Source: Eledone cirrhosa (taxonomy: Eukaryota). From it: DNA of 64,000 nt. Below, one piece after another: positions 29,864 through 42,976 of the stretch. Numbering within the stretch: position 1 is the first letter of the stretch; every line of letters begins with the position of its first letter. A model generated the notes under the pieces. The model was given only the letters and a program-made list of their open reading frames with translations, was not told the DNA's origin and made no database searches. Made by a program: the position numbers and the translations under genes. Where the stretch lies: positions 209,002,001-209,066,000 of the forward strand of contig OZ024742.1 in NCBI GenBank assembly GCA_964016885.1, written 5' to 3'.

Positions 29864-30257
29864 ATTAAATAGAATATAATTGATATCATGAATATATCAT
29901 CTTTCCATATTTATTTCAAACTTTCTAAAATTCAATCACTCTAAAAATTCTTCTATTTAAATGTCGGGCTGTGTCGAACGACATCCTGCAAACCTACTTT
30001 TGCCTGGGACATAATATATCCAATATTGAAGTTGACAGAGTAGGATCAGAATTCCTATGAGACGAGGAGTAAATGCTTTATTCAGATATATTATACATCA
30101 ATCCACCCCACCCCCACCCCCATTAAAATAAGTAGTTTAAATTGTTTACAAATGGACGCAGCAAAGGGGAAACAAATTTGAAAGAATGACTCAAAGGGTA
30201 GAGTTAGATACATTGTTGCTTGTATGTGACGTTATCTGGAAAATTATTATGTATGTG

Positions 30258-30321
<64 letters not shown>

Positions 30322-30325
<4 letters not shown>

Positions 30326-30762
30326 CGGGTAAAATTCCCGAGATCCATGGACCAGTTCTCTCCAGCGGTCTCTGTCCCTCATTATCGCTGCCATGTCCTG
30401 CGTCTCCAACAGACCCGTGTCTGTCCTTAGGGCATCAACATACGTTAACCTTGGTCTTCCTCTTCTAGTGTGTCCTTGTAGGGGCTCCCACAGGAGCACT
30501 GAGTGCAATGTCAACTCTGGATGTCGGTGAGCATGTCCAGCTAACCTCAATCTCCTCTGTGTCATAGTTTTGGTGACAAATACAGTGAAGGGGGCAGAGG
30601 ATTTGATGCGAGAGGTTGAGACTGTGTCGATGAGTGTGGGGCTGAGAATGAATGAGACTAAAACAAAATATCTGGTAGAGAATGTTGAGAAGCCAGAGGG
30701 GATCACTAATGTAGGCGGGAAGCCGCTAGAATTGGTTGAGGGCTTCCTGTATTTGGGAGCAA

Positions 30763-30765
<3 letters not shown>
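30322..30765 (-). mobile_element. Short RTE-like insertion with inverted 5' segment, inside (TA)n
   Basis: Minus 30322-30567 reads [23 protein letters not shown]. Plus 30568-30765 reads [16 protein letters not shown]. Confidence 0.85.
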
Positions 30766-30811
<46 letters not shown>

Positions 30812-30843
30812 CACACACACAAATATCTATATATTTATCTATC

Positions 30844-30879
<36 letters not shown>

Positions 30880-30901
30880 GATAGATATAGATATATAGAT
30901 A

Positions 30902-31014
<113 letters not shown>

Positions 31015-31914
31015 GTGTGTGTGTGTGTGTGTGAATTTGATTGTATACTCTTATTAGACTGGTCAACAACACAAATGTGGCATGACGATACGCACATATT
31101 CTCGCCCATAGAAAAGTAGATGTGAATGCGTACAGAATGTGAATGCGGGAGTAGAGAGAGAGAGAGAGAATAACTAAATATTTTGATAAGTATTACAACA
31201 AAATCAAGTCTAAAAGTGTATGTATGAATATATTCATAACTAGGTAACGTGTCTCCATCTACACAGGAAAATATGCACATATTTATATATAAACACATAT
31301 ACATACATATAGAGATATATAATTATACGTGTTTCTGCATATATTTTGATGTATATGACATTATAGTTTGTTGATATGTATGTGTGCGTGTATGTGTAAT
31401 AAATACACAACGGAGCGAATGGTGGATATAGAAATGTTGCGAGTTGTGTGTAGTTTGGAGAGTTATTGCAGTTTTAATTCAATACGAGAAGATAATCATC
31501 AAACATGGCGTAAGGACTTGATCATCTATCTATATCATGTTCACTTGAATTATTCGATTCAGGTTTGTACCGTCCCATCGATGCATTGTCATTATAGAGA
31601 CAGCAAGTGTGTCATCAATTTTCGATTATTTTCCATTGCAGATATGCCATTTATCTCCATTGCAGGCAGTATAGCTGTTCCGAGGAGAAATAAAAAAAGT
31701 TAAAACAAGATTAAAAAGAAAAGAAGATTAAGCACAGCATCACGATATTATTCATAAAAAGTAATAAAAGGGTTCTATATTATACAGTTGTAAGTATGAA
31801 TGTTCCAAGTCATTTTTCGGCATACGTAAATGTATCGTGTAAAAACATGTAACCTACGAAACTTATTAGGATAGAAATACATACAGTATCATTTTACAAA
31901 AGTCCCTCAATCTA

Positions 31915-31933
31915 CCACAACTACTACTACCAC

Positions 31934-32006
<73 letters not shown>

Positions 32007-32022
32007 GTTGCCTACTACTACT
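31915..32022. repeat. (CTA)n microsatellite
   Basis: Direct inspection. Confidence 0.95.
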
Positions 32023-32772
32023 AGCTCTGCAGTATTCACGCTCTGATATTGTCACACTCAATAAAGAAGAAACGATCTTGGATAATCGACGTTGTTTGAC
32101 CAACTAATATTTGCCAAGGAAATTGCCAAGAATTGAAATACAAAATACAGAAAGTTTACAATTGCCACAAAATTGCTATCATCCCAATTGTTTTAACAGC
32201 CCCTCTGTCAGTTGCTAATTAGTTTGAATGATACATAATGTTTACCGATAATGTATTCTTTCCAAGAAGTACACCTGAAAAACTATTTTAGAAAATAGAG
32301 AGTTAAAAGTATGTTGCCCAATAGTTTTTACGGAAACAAGTTCTGTAGCTTTTCGCTCCTAATTATAATTGTTCAGATGTTGTTATATACAACGGAAATC
32401 TATCTAAAACACATTGTTAGGAAATTTTCCCCATCAATTGTAGTCTTAACGGTCATTTAGAATATGGCCTTCATACAGACACAAATGCAGCTGTCAAATA
32501 CTTACAATTATCAGTAAGTATCCTTTATATTCAAATCGATTATCAGAAAATGTCGCAATGTTTAATCACTGAAGGATTTGTAAGCACAGTAATATACGCC
32601 AGTTAATTCAATGAAACTATAATTATTTATACGGTGTTATAAAGAGTGAAACGTGGATTTGAATGTAAGATATTTACAGCTAAAAATTGATGTTTTCTCT
32701 TTCTTGTTAATATCAGCAGCATAGTAAATGCTATGCTATTCCAACACACATACTATTATTATTTCGTATATA

Positions 32773-32958
32773 GGCGGTGGATTGGCAGTATCGGTAGAGG
32801 ATCGGACGCCATGCTTTGACGCATAGAGTTACGGCCCTTGCCATTCTGAGTTCAAATCCCGCAGAGGTTAACTTTGCCTTTCATCCTTACGGGGTCGATA
32901 AAATAAAGCACCAGTAATGCACTGGGTAATTGCTGGCCTTGTGCCAAAAGTAGAAACA
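32773..32958 (+). mobile_element. SINE family A
   Basis: TSD ATTATTTCGTATATA. Confidence 0.93.
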
Positions 32959-33443
32959 ATTATTTCGTATATAACATGCAGCTTTGAAGAAATTACCACC
33001 ATCTAACATTTTGAACTGTGACATCTGGAATAAAACTTAGAAAAACAAAGACTATGAAGATGTATAGCTTGATATCTATGTAACAAGACGTATGGAGAGA
33101 CAGTCGAATATCTTGGGGGATAGGTAAATAGATACATGCATACTAATAAGCCTATTTATGTAAATATGTAAATATATATAAGTGTGTGTGTGTATGCGTG
33201 ATTGTGTATTATTTATGTATATATATATATATATATATATATTTCGTTTCTGAATTTGTTTAGCAAGATTCTTTATCTGAAAACGTGTGTTGAAACCGAT
33301 ATTGTTATACTTTGGGAGGGACATGTTTCCAATAAGAAACACACGCACCAGTTTCTTTCACTTCAATTTATTATAAATTAAAAAAATTTTATAAATTTTC
33401 GGTTGGTTGGTTGGTTCCTCAACCGGACGGTTGTTCATATATT

Positions 33444-33486
33444 GTCAAAGTTCTTTCGTCACACATTCTGTGACTTGATCAGTGAC
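33444..33486 (-). ncRNA. Hammerhead-like motif, left arm (core CTGATCA, one substitution)
   Basis: Minus strand reads GTCA-CTGATCA-A-GTCACAGAATGTGTGAC-GAAA-GAACTT-TGAC. Confidence 0.55.
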
Positions 33487-33694
33487 CGGGGATTCTTTTT
33501 TTGGGTTTGTGCCTCTCCTTTGTTCTGTCCTACGCCATTTTGTTCTTGTGTGTGCTATGTGCTCAGTTTGTGCATAAAAACACACACAGTCACTCGGATG
33601 TAACACATGGGAAAACTAAGCACACAACACACACAAAAACAAGATGGCGTAGGACAGAACAAAGGATAAGCACAAAACAAAGAAAAGAATCCCC

Positions 33695-33738
33695 GTTCAC
33701 TGATGAAGTCACACAAAGTGTGACGAAAGAACTTTGAC
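33695..33738 (+). ncRNA. Minimal hammerhead ribozyme motif, right arm
   Basis: GTTCA-CTGATGA-A-GTCACAC-AAA-GTGTGAC-GAAA-GAACTT-TGAC. Intact core and a perfect 7-bp stem II; stem III is weak. Confidence 0.7.
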
Positions 33739-33887
33739 AATATATGAACAACCGTCCGGTTGAGGAATCAGCCAGCGAACCGGAAATTTATTAAAAATTG
33801 TTAATTTATAATTTAATTTCTAATAAATTGAAGTGAAACAACTGGTGCGTGTGTTTCTTATTGGCAACATCAAACTTCCAAAGTATG

Positions 33888-33929
<42 letters not shown>

Positions 33930-34083
33930 GTGCATGTATGTATATGCATACTACGTATATGTATGTCTGTATGCTTGTGTTTGTGTAGGAATGTACATAG
34001 ATGCAAACTTACGTACGTAGTAAGGAAGGAAAAAGAAAGATTTAGCAGGTGCTGGGGTCCTTTCTCTCATAAACCATAAACAT

Positions 34084-34133
34084 TCTTCGACGTTTCGCTG
34101 CCATAGTGTTAGCAAAACGATTCAACAGTAAGA
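34084..34133 (-). ncRNA. Degenerate hammerhead-like motif
   Basis: Minus strand reads TCTTA-CTGTTGA-..TGCTA..TGGCAGC-GAAACGTC-GAAGA. Confidence 0.4.
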
Positions 34134-34474
34134 TTTTTATTCCATTCTCTGGAACAGAAATATCTTTTATTTCTCCAGCAGCGACCATTACTTAGTTACG
34201 CTTGGTGCCCCTCGTCTGTTAGGGTTGGCTAGCACATAGCTAATTAGTAGTCGAAACAGATAGTTGAAAGAGGTATCTATGGTCATATAAAAACACACAC
34301 AGAGACTTACGTACATCAAACGTACACACATGTATTCGCGTATGCAAGTATGTATGTGATTACTTACTTACACTAAATCTATACAGTTATCTATCTGTAT
34401 GTATACATATAAAAATATACACATACATAGATATAACAGTATTATATCTATACATACATATATATATATATTTA

Positions 34475-34507
<33 letters not shown>

Positions 34508-34541
34508 GTATACAAATACATATATATATATATATATATAC

Positions 34542-34656
<115 letters not shown>

Positions 34657-34688
34657 TTTATATAAATATAAATAAATATATATATGTA

Positions 34689-34740
<52 letters not shown>

Positions 34741-37074
34741 GACACATATTCTTTTATAACTGTATGCATGTGTTTATGAAATGAGTTACGTTTGGGAGGG
34801 AACATATGTCAAGCCCGTGAATAGTTTCCGGTCTTTTCATTGTTTATCCCGGGGGGCTTAAAATGTCTTCCTTTGTTTGTTTTTCTCGAAACACGAAAAA
34901 AAATAAGGAAAAATTCCGATTTATTACTTACTTCAGGGTTGTTAACAGTCTTAATATTTACTATCGGTTCAAAGTACTTCCACAGAAGTATCATTTTCGC
35001 AATTAGGGATACAGTGTGACCCATATCTTAGGATATTTTTTCGTTTGCTTTTATTCGTTATTCTTTCTTGATAGTTTGTATTTCTTGGACTTTTTCTTGT
35101 GTTTAAATTTTATTTCTTCAGTTGTTTCTTGTATCATCCTTTTCTCTCTTCCTATTATTCCTGCTTTCATACATCCTATTTCCCAGCAAATAAACCTGCA
35201 GATATTTATGTGATGAATACCGCTATTATAAAGGGACCACATGAATTCCAGTACCAGCACCCTAAACCTCTTTGATGTTGCAATAAATCAAAACACCGAA
35301 TTTGTTTATTTTTCTACACTAACATATCTGTTGATTACTTTGCTTTTACAATGTTGGTTTTCATTGACGTTATAAGCATCGCGAGAGCAAGATTCTTATT
35401 TAAATTTTGTCCACAAGAGCAAAAATATATAAATGCGAAATGAAATTAAAAGAAATTCATATCTTTCGTATGGATATACGTTACCTATCTGGAAATGAGC
35501 AGACTTTAATTGAGATTTGAAACCGTCTCACAAACTAAGAGGTTCCGAATTATTACCCATTGTTTATGAACTTCTGTTATCATTACGAGATCTAGTCGCA
35601 CAAAATAGGATCACTCGATTGAAATGGACTTACACAGAAGAAAATATTTTTATGGAACCTTATCTGAATAAGAATCACTTATAATAATTTATCTTTTATT
35701 CCATGTTAGGGCTCATATTTCAGATTCAATGAAACGTCAGCTGTTGTAAAGATATCTGCTAAATCTTCTGTTAATGTCAACAGAAATCATGTTATAATAA
35801 TATTATTTTTCTGATAATGGGACAATGAAGGCGTTACAGTGTGTTAATCATTAGGGAACCAAATTTTAGATTAATTAATTGCCCATATTATCATTGACCA
35901 TCGTTGTTTTCCATTTTCTGTTTAAAGACGCATATGGTTATGAATTTCGCCGAAAACTATCCATACCGTTAAGTAGCCTTAACGTTATTTATATAGAAAA
36001 TATGATGCGAAATTAGAATTGTCCCATAAAATTCAAATGCACCTCATGCATCGGGATTAATGAACGTAAATCTCTTTATTTAATATTTTATAGTTTTAAC
36101 CATTCAAGAAATATAGATACACATGTCTCCAAACTGGTACTGTATATATCTCATGTATATCACTGGTTATATGAGTGACATAGAAAGAGCATTTTTATAT
36201 AAATTAATTATATATTAATATTTCCGTAATTAAAGTCTTATCGTTATGTTCAAATTACATAACGATAAACTGAACAGCAGATGTCACTTAACTACCAGCC
36301 GATGAATCACTCCAATGTTTTTAACATAGCCTGGTCTCACACTGGGTATTTATATGTTGATGGAGATGATCCAAAATCAAAGGTTATAAACGGTTAAGAT
36401 GTGTTCATGATAAACTAAATGATACATTTACATACAAGTTAAATAAGATTGAAAAAGCCATCGGCCAGTTGTTAAGTTATTGCTACCGTCATGTGATAAG
36501 ACAGTAAAGGAAGTAATGCAGTTTAATCCAGTAATGCATTGGTTATACGCTCAATTTAATGTTAAAATATGTGGGGTTATCTTAGCCTAGTGGTTTGGTG
36601 CTATTGTCAGGGATATGGGCATTCCCACAAACGGTCTGTCACATTTTGTCTGCTATGTATGTAGCTTACAAAAGTATCAGTTAAGTTTAGTGTGATTTTT
36701 TTAAAAGTAGATAGAGACATTTTCGGATTTATTCACATATTACCTATAGTCTTTAACTATTATTATAATCATTTGCATTCTTGTGACTATATATTCAAAT
36801 TTCAAATTCCTCAATGTTTCAAGTCAAACTTGTTTCCATGTATCTCTACAATATATAACCATACAGCACTGTAGGGACGTTCCTTAACACATGACTAATC
36901 GAAATCACCGCAGTCATGCTGTCTTTTTAATCGTATATCTATGAGTATATCAGTTAGTATCTTTTAAAGACATAGAATATGATATGACTGCTATATAAGT
37001 AGCCATATACACAATCCGCCTTCAATCTAAAGCAAGATGTATTACCACAAATGGGTTCTAGAAACAGCAACCAA

Positions 37075-38520
37075 AGATACATACATACTTGCACACACAC
37101 ATACACGATGATGGCTGCAACTCGATTTCAAGTAATGCCATCACTTGACACTTAAGCATGAACATACCCAGATGTGTCTCTTTAGTCCTGCTAGGTACTT
37201 GCCTATGACCATCAACGCCATGCATCGCAAACAATCACACATATTAGGTGATACCTGACTTGAAGCTTTTTGAAGTGAGGAAAGGCTTTGCACGAGGCCA
37301 ATTCCACTCTCTGAACATTGAATGCATTTACTCAAAAAGTAGAAATAGTCTACATCATTGGATACAGAGGACATTATCCTAAATACATACATACACGCAT
37401 ACATACATGCATCCATCCATACATACATATATACATACATACACACACTCATATGGCTGCCCCCTCGTTATCGAGTATGGCTATTGCACGATATAACATT
37501 ATTAATAACTATCAATTAATGCTATCGTGCAATGCCTGTACGTGAAGATTTCTTTTAGAGTAAGGAAAGACTGTTCACTGGGCCAAACCCACTCTCTGGG
37601 CGACAGTAGCTTTAACCCGAAAATAAGAAAAGATCAACACCATCAGCAACTACTGAGCTGCAGGTTTTATGTCGGAGATATCCCAGTTTTATGAGTTGCC
37701 GTCTCCTAGAAGAATGCCCTGATAAAAGCTAGGGGTCCTTCACATCCAGTGGTTTAACGGCGCGATCGGGTATCCAGCCCGATTATTTCTATATCCCCGC
37801 GCATATATGCACATGTGTATTCGTGTATATACACATACATACATATTATATACATATTTACACATTTTTGGATGGCCGTTGACTCTTAAAAGTTCTTCCG
37901 CCCTTTGTCAGGTTTTGTTTTTTGTCCTGCAGGTTGTCCAAAATCACCCTCCTCAGCAATTAAACTTGGTGGGGTTGCCGGTTTAATTGCCAACAACCAG
38001 ACCATGCGACATGTTATACTGGTTTACATGTTACCAGTAGCACTCAAGAGTGACACTACATACATACATGCATACATACATGTATACATACATACATACT
38101 TGATGGCTGCAAACTCTGCTAAGAGTATTGAAATCGCTTGTCAGATTGTAGAGTTTGGTGTACTTTTAGGCTACCGCCAGCCACACAAACCTGTACCACA
38201 TCCTGAACAAATAGTGCCTCTGTTTTGAAGGTTTTTAAGTGGGGAAAGGCCTTGCACTCTACCAATCCCACTCTCTGAGACTCGAAAACACTACCCGACA
38301 AGGAGAATTGGTCAACATCATCGGATGCTTACCAAGCCGCAGGTTTCTTTTCAGATTCCCTCTCCTAGAATGGTGTTGTGACAACAACTGGGGGAATTTC
38401 AATCCCAGGTGAAACAAAAACAAAATATTTGAATGGCAGTTGACTCTGCTGATTTCTTCCGCCCTTTGCCGTGCCTTGTATTTCATCCCGCAAGGTGTCC
38501 AAATACCAACCTCTACAGCG
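37075..38520 (-). mobile_element. Cluster of three or more tandem or nested copies of retroposon family C, each with a (TGTA)n tail
   Basis: Copies have their left ends at ~37110, ~37453 and ~38100, and are homologous to 17311-17757. Confidence 0.65.
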
Positions 38521-38539
38521 TGATGGTGCCACGCTTAAA

Positions 38540-41500
38540 TCACCGGGGGTGATGAAATCACCGGTGGTTATGTAACCATGCATTCACCGATCCTCGATAT
38601 GAGTGTTTAAATGTCGAACCTAAACAGTTCGAATAACGGTGAAAAGGAGACTGGAACGTCATGTGAAAGACTCTCACCCAGCAAGTGTTCCCTGGCCCAG
38701 CAGCAGGGACCTGGCTGTCATCCAAATAATACTGGTGTTGGAGGAAGAAGAATGAAATGGACAAGAACTAACTGGACGGAGGAATTGAATAGAACTGTCA
38801 TGGAATGTTACCTGAAGAGTAACCCCATGCAAAAAGGCTATAGGAAGCGGATGCATAACATCTGGAACGAGATTGTTCTATATATATTAGATGAACAAAA
38901 ATTGGCCGGCATGCTCGGGTAATAATAACTAATGAATGGATAAGCGAGTTTGAACTGGAGGAACTGAGCAGAGAGATAAAAGTTGGAAATGGAGAGTGGA
39001 GTATATCAGGCCTACAAGCCAGTGGGAAATGAAGGTGAAGAGGTTGAGAGAATGGAGGAAGCATCCGAGGCAGACAATGATCTGAATGCTGAAATAAATA
39101 ACATCTGGAACAAAGATACGGCCATTGAGGAAATGAATGCTGACGGGCTAGGACAAGATTTGGTTGATATCCTAAACTTAGTGGTAGATGAAATGAACAA
39201 TGATAGTGGGAAACCTATGAATCTGAGATTTGTAGACAGGAAAAAGTTAAAAGAAACAACAGCTAAGGTAAACAAAGTCATCCCATATCTTGAGGCGAGG
39301 AACCTTCACCAATGCAACAATATCCTCAAAGAAACCGCAAATGTGATGAGGAAATTACTTGGCATAAAAACGAGAGGAAACAAGAGACAAGAAAGATAAG
39401 AACCGTAGTGGAAGAAACGACTGAATGGTCAAAGCATGGAAATGAGAAAAGACATTGGAAAGCTTGAGTCCTTACTGAATGGGACATTACAAAACATAGA
39501 CACTAAAGATATATTGAAAATAAAATACAAAACTGGGGGAAAAAATCTAAATGTTATCATAGAGGAACTGAAGCAACGCATTGTAGCAAAAAGTTCAAAG
39601 ATTAGCCGATATGAGAACAGAGTTAGTAAAGACAGAACCGCATGTTTGACAACAATCACATGATGTTATTTGCACAGCTTGAAGGGAAAGAAAGAGGCAA
39701 CGACGTGTTCCTTGAGGCGGAACAGACTAAGATATTCTGGAGAGGAATATGGGAGCTGGATGATGAACATACTAGTCAGGCAGTGTAGATTGAGACAGTT
39801 CAAAAGGAGATTAGTGAACAAGCACACCAACAACCTGATTTGAGTATCTCAGTTGAAACTGTTAAAGCGCAGGCCAAAAAACTAACCAACTGGAAATCAC
39901 CAGGCGCAGATGGTGTCCAAGTGTATTGGATTAAAAATATAACATCCCTCCACTCGAAACTGACAACCATGTTCAATGACTGTTTGATGTCGAGTGAACT
40001 ACCAGAGTGGTTGACAAAAGGTACCTCAGTTCTGGTAATGAAAGACCGAATCAAAGGTAATGATATTACCAACAATAGGCCTATCACATGTCTGTCCGTA
40101 AGGTGGAAACTGTTAACAAGCATTGTGTCTGAGGAAATCTACCATCATCACCTCCACATAAACAACTTGTTACCGGACGAACAGAAAAGATGCAGAAAGA
40201 AGTCCCGTGGTATAAAAGACCAGTTACTTATTGATAAGATGGTAATGAGGAATTGCAAGAGGAGGCAAACTGGTTTTGCCATGGGATGGATAGATTACAA
40301 AAAGGGATTCGACATGGTACCTCATTCTTGGATAACCAAAATCCTAGAGACCTTCAAGGTGGCAGATAACATCAGACAGTTGTTGAGCAAAAGTATAAAG
40401 TCCTGGGAAACAGAGTTAACATCGGGTGGAGAATCCTTGGGAGGCGTGAAGATCAAGAGAGGCATCTTCCAGGGAGATAGTTTGTCCCCTCTGTTGTTTG
40501 TCCTTGCCCTGATACCCCTAACCGTTATATTGCGAAAATTGAGAGCAGGATACAAGTTGGAAAAAGGAGAGCTTACTGTCAACGATTCCTCTTCATGGAC
40601 GATCTTAAACTATTTGGGAAGAGTGAGGAGTTTGATGTACTTGCTGACACTGGGCGTATTTTCAGCAATGATATATGTATGCAATTTGGTATTAATAAGT
40701 GTGGAGTCCTAGTGATCAAGAGGGGTAAATTGAGCAGAAGCAACGGAATCCAGGTCCAACAGGTGAGATGATAAAGGAAATTTACACTGAAGAGAGATAC
40801 AAATATTTAGGTGTTCTGGAGGCAGAACAAACAAATGAAGGAATTGATAAGATCTGAGTACTTAAGGAGAGTAAGGAGCGTATTAAAATCAAATCTAAAT
40901 AGTAGGAATTTCATAAGTGCAGTAAATTCCCGAGCTGTGTCTATTATTAGGTACAGTGCGGGAATTCTGAAATGCAATGTTGCTGAACAAAATGAAATGG
41001 ATAGGAAGACTAGGAAACTATTGAATATCTACAACATGTTCCACAAGAGGATTGATGTCGATAGACTCTACTTAAAGAGATCTGAAGGTGGAAGAGGTCT
41101 TATCAGAATAGAAGACTGTGTTCAGATGGCGAAAAACAACCTGCACAAATATGTGACTGATAGTAGGGAGCCAATGCTCAAAATTGTACTGAAGGAGAAG
41201 ACAATAGACAAGGGGATGTCCAAGGAGGAAATAACAAGGAGGAAGAGCAACCTTCATGAAAAATCCATTCATTGTACCTTCTTTAAAAAAACGGAATTTA
41301 GAGATCCACAGACATGGAACTGGTTAAAAAGAGGAGACCTTAAAAAAGCTACAGAAGGAATGCTAATCGCTGCGCAAGAGCAAGCCCTCAGAACGAAGTG
41401 GCTGAAACACCATATTGACAACGAGGAGGCTAGCTCACTGTGTAGGATCTGTGGAGACAGAGATCAAGGTCATCCCGATTGTCATAGGCGCACTAGGTAC

Positions 41501-41737
41501 TATCTCAAAGAGTTCCAAGAATGGTTAAAGAAGATTAGTCCAGCCCCGCTTTTTGGAACACTTAAAAAGGCATGCTTGCTGGGAACCTCAAGTACCCTCC
41601 GATACGTCCTGAATATATGAGGCTTGATATTCATTTCAACAAATATCTGAGGCTTGATATTCATTTCAACAAACTTTCCAGTTAAATAACATCAATGACT
41701 GAGATTCAAAGTACAATAACAATAAAAATAATAATAA
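38540..41737 (+). mobile_element. Near full-length decayed R4/Dong-like non-LTR retrotransposon
   Basis: N-terminal RMKWT..N..VMECY..GYRKRM..IW; NWKSPGAD; RPITCL; WIDYKK.FD.VPH; RGIFQGDSLSPLLF; FMDDLKL; RLYLKRSEGGRGL; AAQEQAL; CRICG; ACLLGT. Ends in (TAA)n. Many frameshifts. Confidence 0.9.
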
Positions 41738-41830
41738 TTGTTTCTACTTTTGGCACAAGGCCAGCAATTATCCGGTGTATTACTGTTACTTTATTTTATC
41801 GACCCCATAAGGATGAAAGGCAAAGTTACC
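41738..41830 (-). mobile_element. SINE family A, 3' half only
   Basis: Truncated copy in tandem with the next SINE, inserted in the TAA tail of the LINE. Confidence 0.88.
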
Positions 41831-41844
41831 CTAATAATAATAAT

Positions 41845-42029
41845 TGTTTCTACTATTGGCTCAAGGCCAGCAAATACCCAGTACATTACTGGTACTTTAT
41901 TTTATCGACCCCGTAAGGATGAAAGGCAAAGTTAACCTCGGCGGGATTTGAACTCAGAATGACAAGGGCCGCAACTCTATGCTGGAAATCATGGTGTCCG
42001 ACCCTCTACCGATACTGCCAATTCACCGC
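41845..42029 (-). mobile_element. SINE family A
   Basis: Reverse complement of consensus, flanked by (TAA)n. Confidence 0.92.
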
Positions 42030-42475
42030 AATAATAATAATATATATATATAAATATAAGTATGTACGCCCGGCCGACTAACTCACTCGATATGCAAATT
42101 AGGCTGCTCAGCTGTTAATATGCATAAGGAAAGTATATACTTTCAAATGTTCAATCATCTGACAGAAAGGTATACGAGGCTGACGATAGCTAAAATGCTT
42201 CAAACTAGTACGTCGTCCCTGTGTCAGTGTTGAACAAAGCGGCGACGATGGTTGCCTGAACACCGTACGGCGTAATTCGGGCTGTTTGTTTACAAACAAA
42301 GCGAACATCATAATGAATGTTCGGTAAACCAATAAGTACATATATATATATATGTATATATATATATACATATTTCTGTACGACTCTACACATATATGTA
42401 TGTACGTATACTTACTTATATTAAGGTATCAGCCGTACTAAGAGTGAGTAATGAAATTTCGTTTCATTCTTTTCG

Positions 42476-42532
<57 letters not shown>

Positions 42533-42568
42533 GAAAAATCAGTGATGCATCTGAACTCAATTTATTGT

Positions 42569-42656
42569 GTGTTACAATTATTTCGCCGGCAGACAGCTCG
42601 AGACACGATTATTGTGTGGATCTGTCTGATTCCGGATCTGCAGGTTCATCGGACAC
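42569..42656 (-). ncRNA. Hammerhead-like motif (CCGATGA core variant), inverted arm
   Basis: Minus strand reads GTGT-CCGATGA-(long stem II)-GAAA-TAATTG-TA-ACAC. Confidence 0.6.
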
Positions 42657-42976
42657 TTCGGACACTAATAACTTCGAATCAAATTTTCTCACTGGGGTGG
42701 TAGCATAAAAAAACATCCTCTTCGCTCGTCCTGCTATTGGGTGTTGTTTTTCTACGTCCTCATAAATGTTGACCAACAGGTACTGTCACACTGACCATCA
42801 GCTGTCCTTCTTCCTGCCACACTTCAATTAATCCCTGCTGGGTTTGGTAGTTCACACGTCCACGCGCTCACTCACACACACATATACATACATATACACA
42901 CACTCACACACAATCATATAAATAACAACATCCGTACGCATATACTCCCGCTATACACACGCGCCCCAAAGCATGT

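Larger units (their letters stand above)
33301..33891. mobile_element. Non-coding fold-back element (inverted PLE pseudo-LTR-like arms)
   Basis: 33301-~33575 is the imperfect reverse complement of ~33606-33891. A single-arm relative lies at 53331-53720. Adjacent to (TA)n. Confidence 0.85.
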
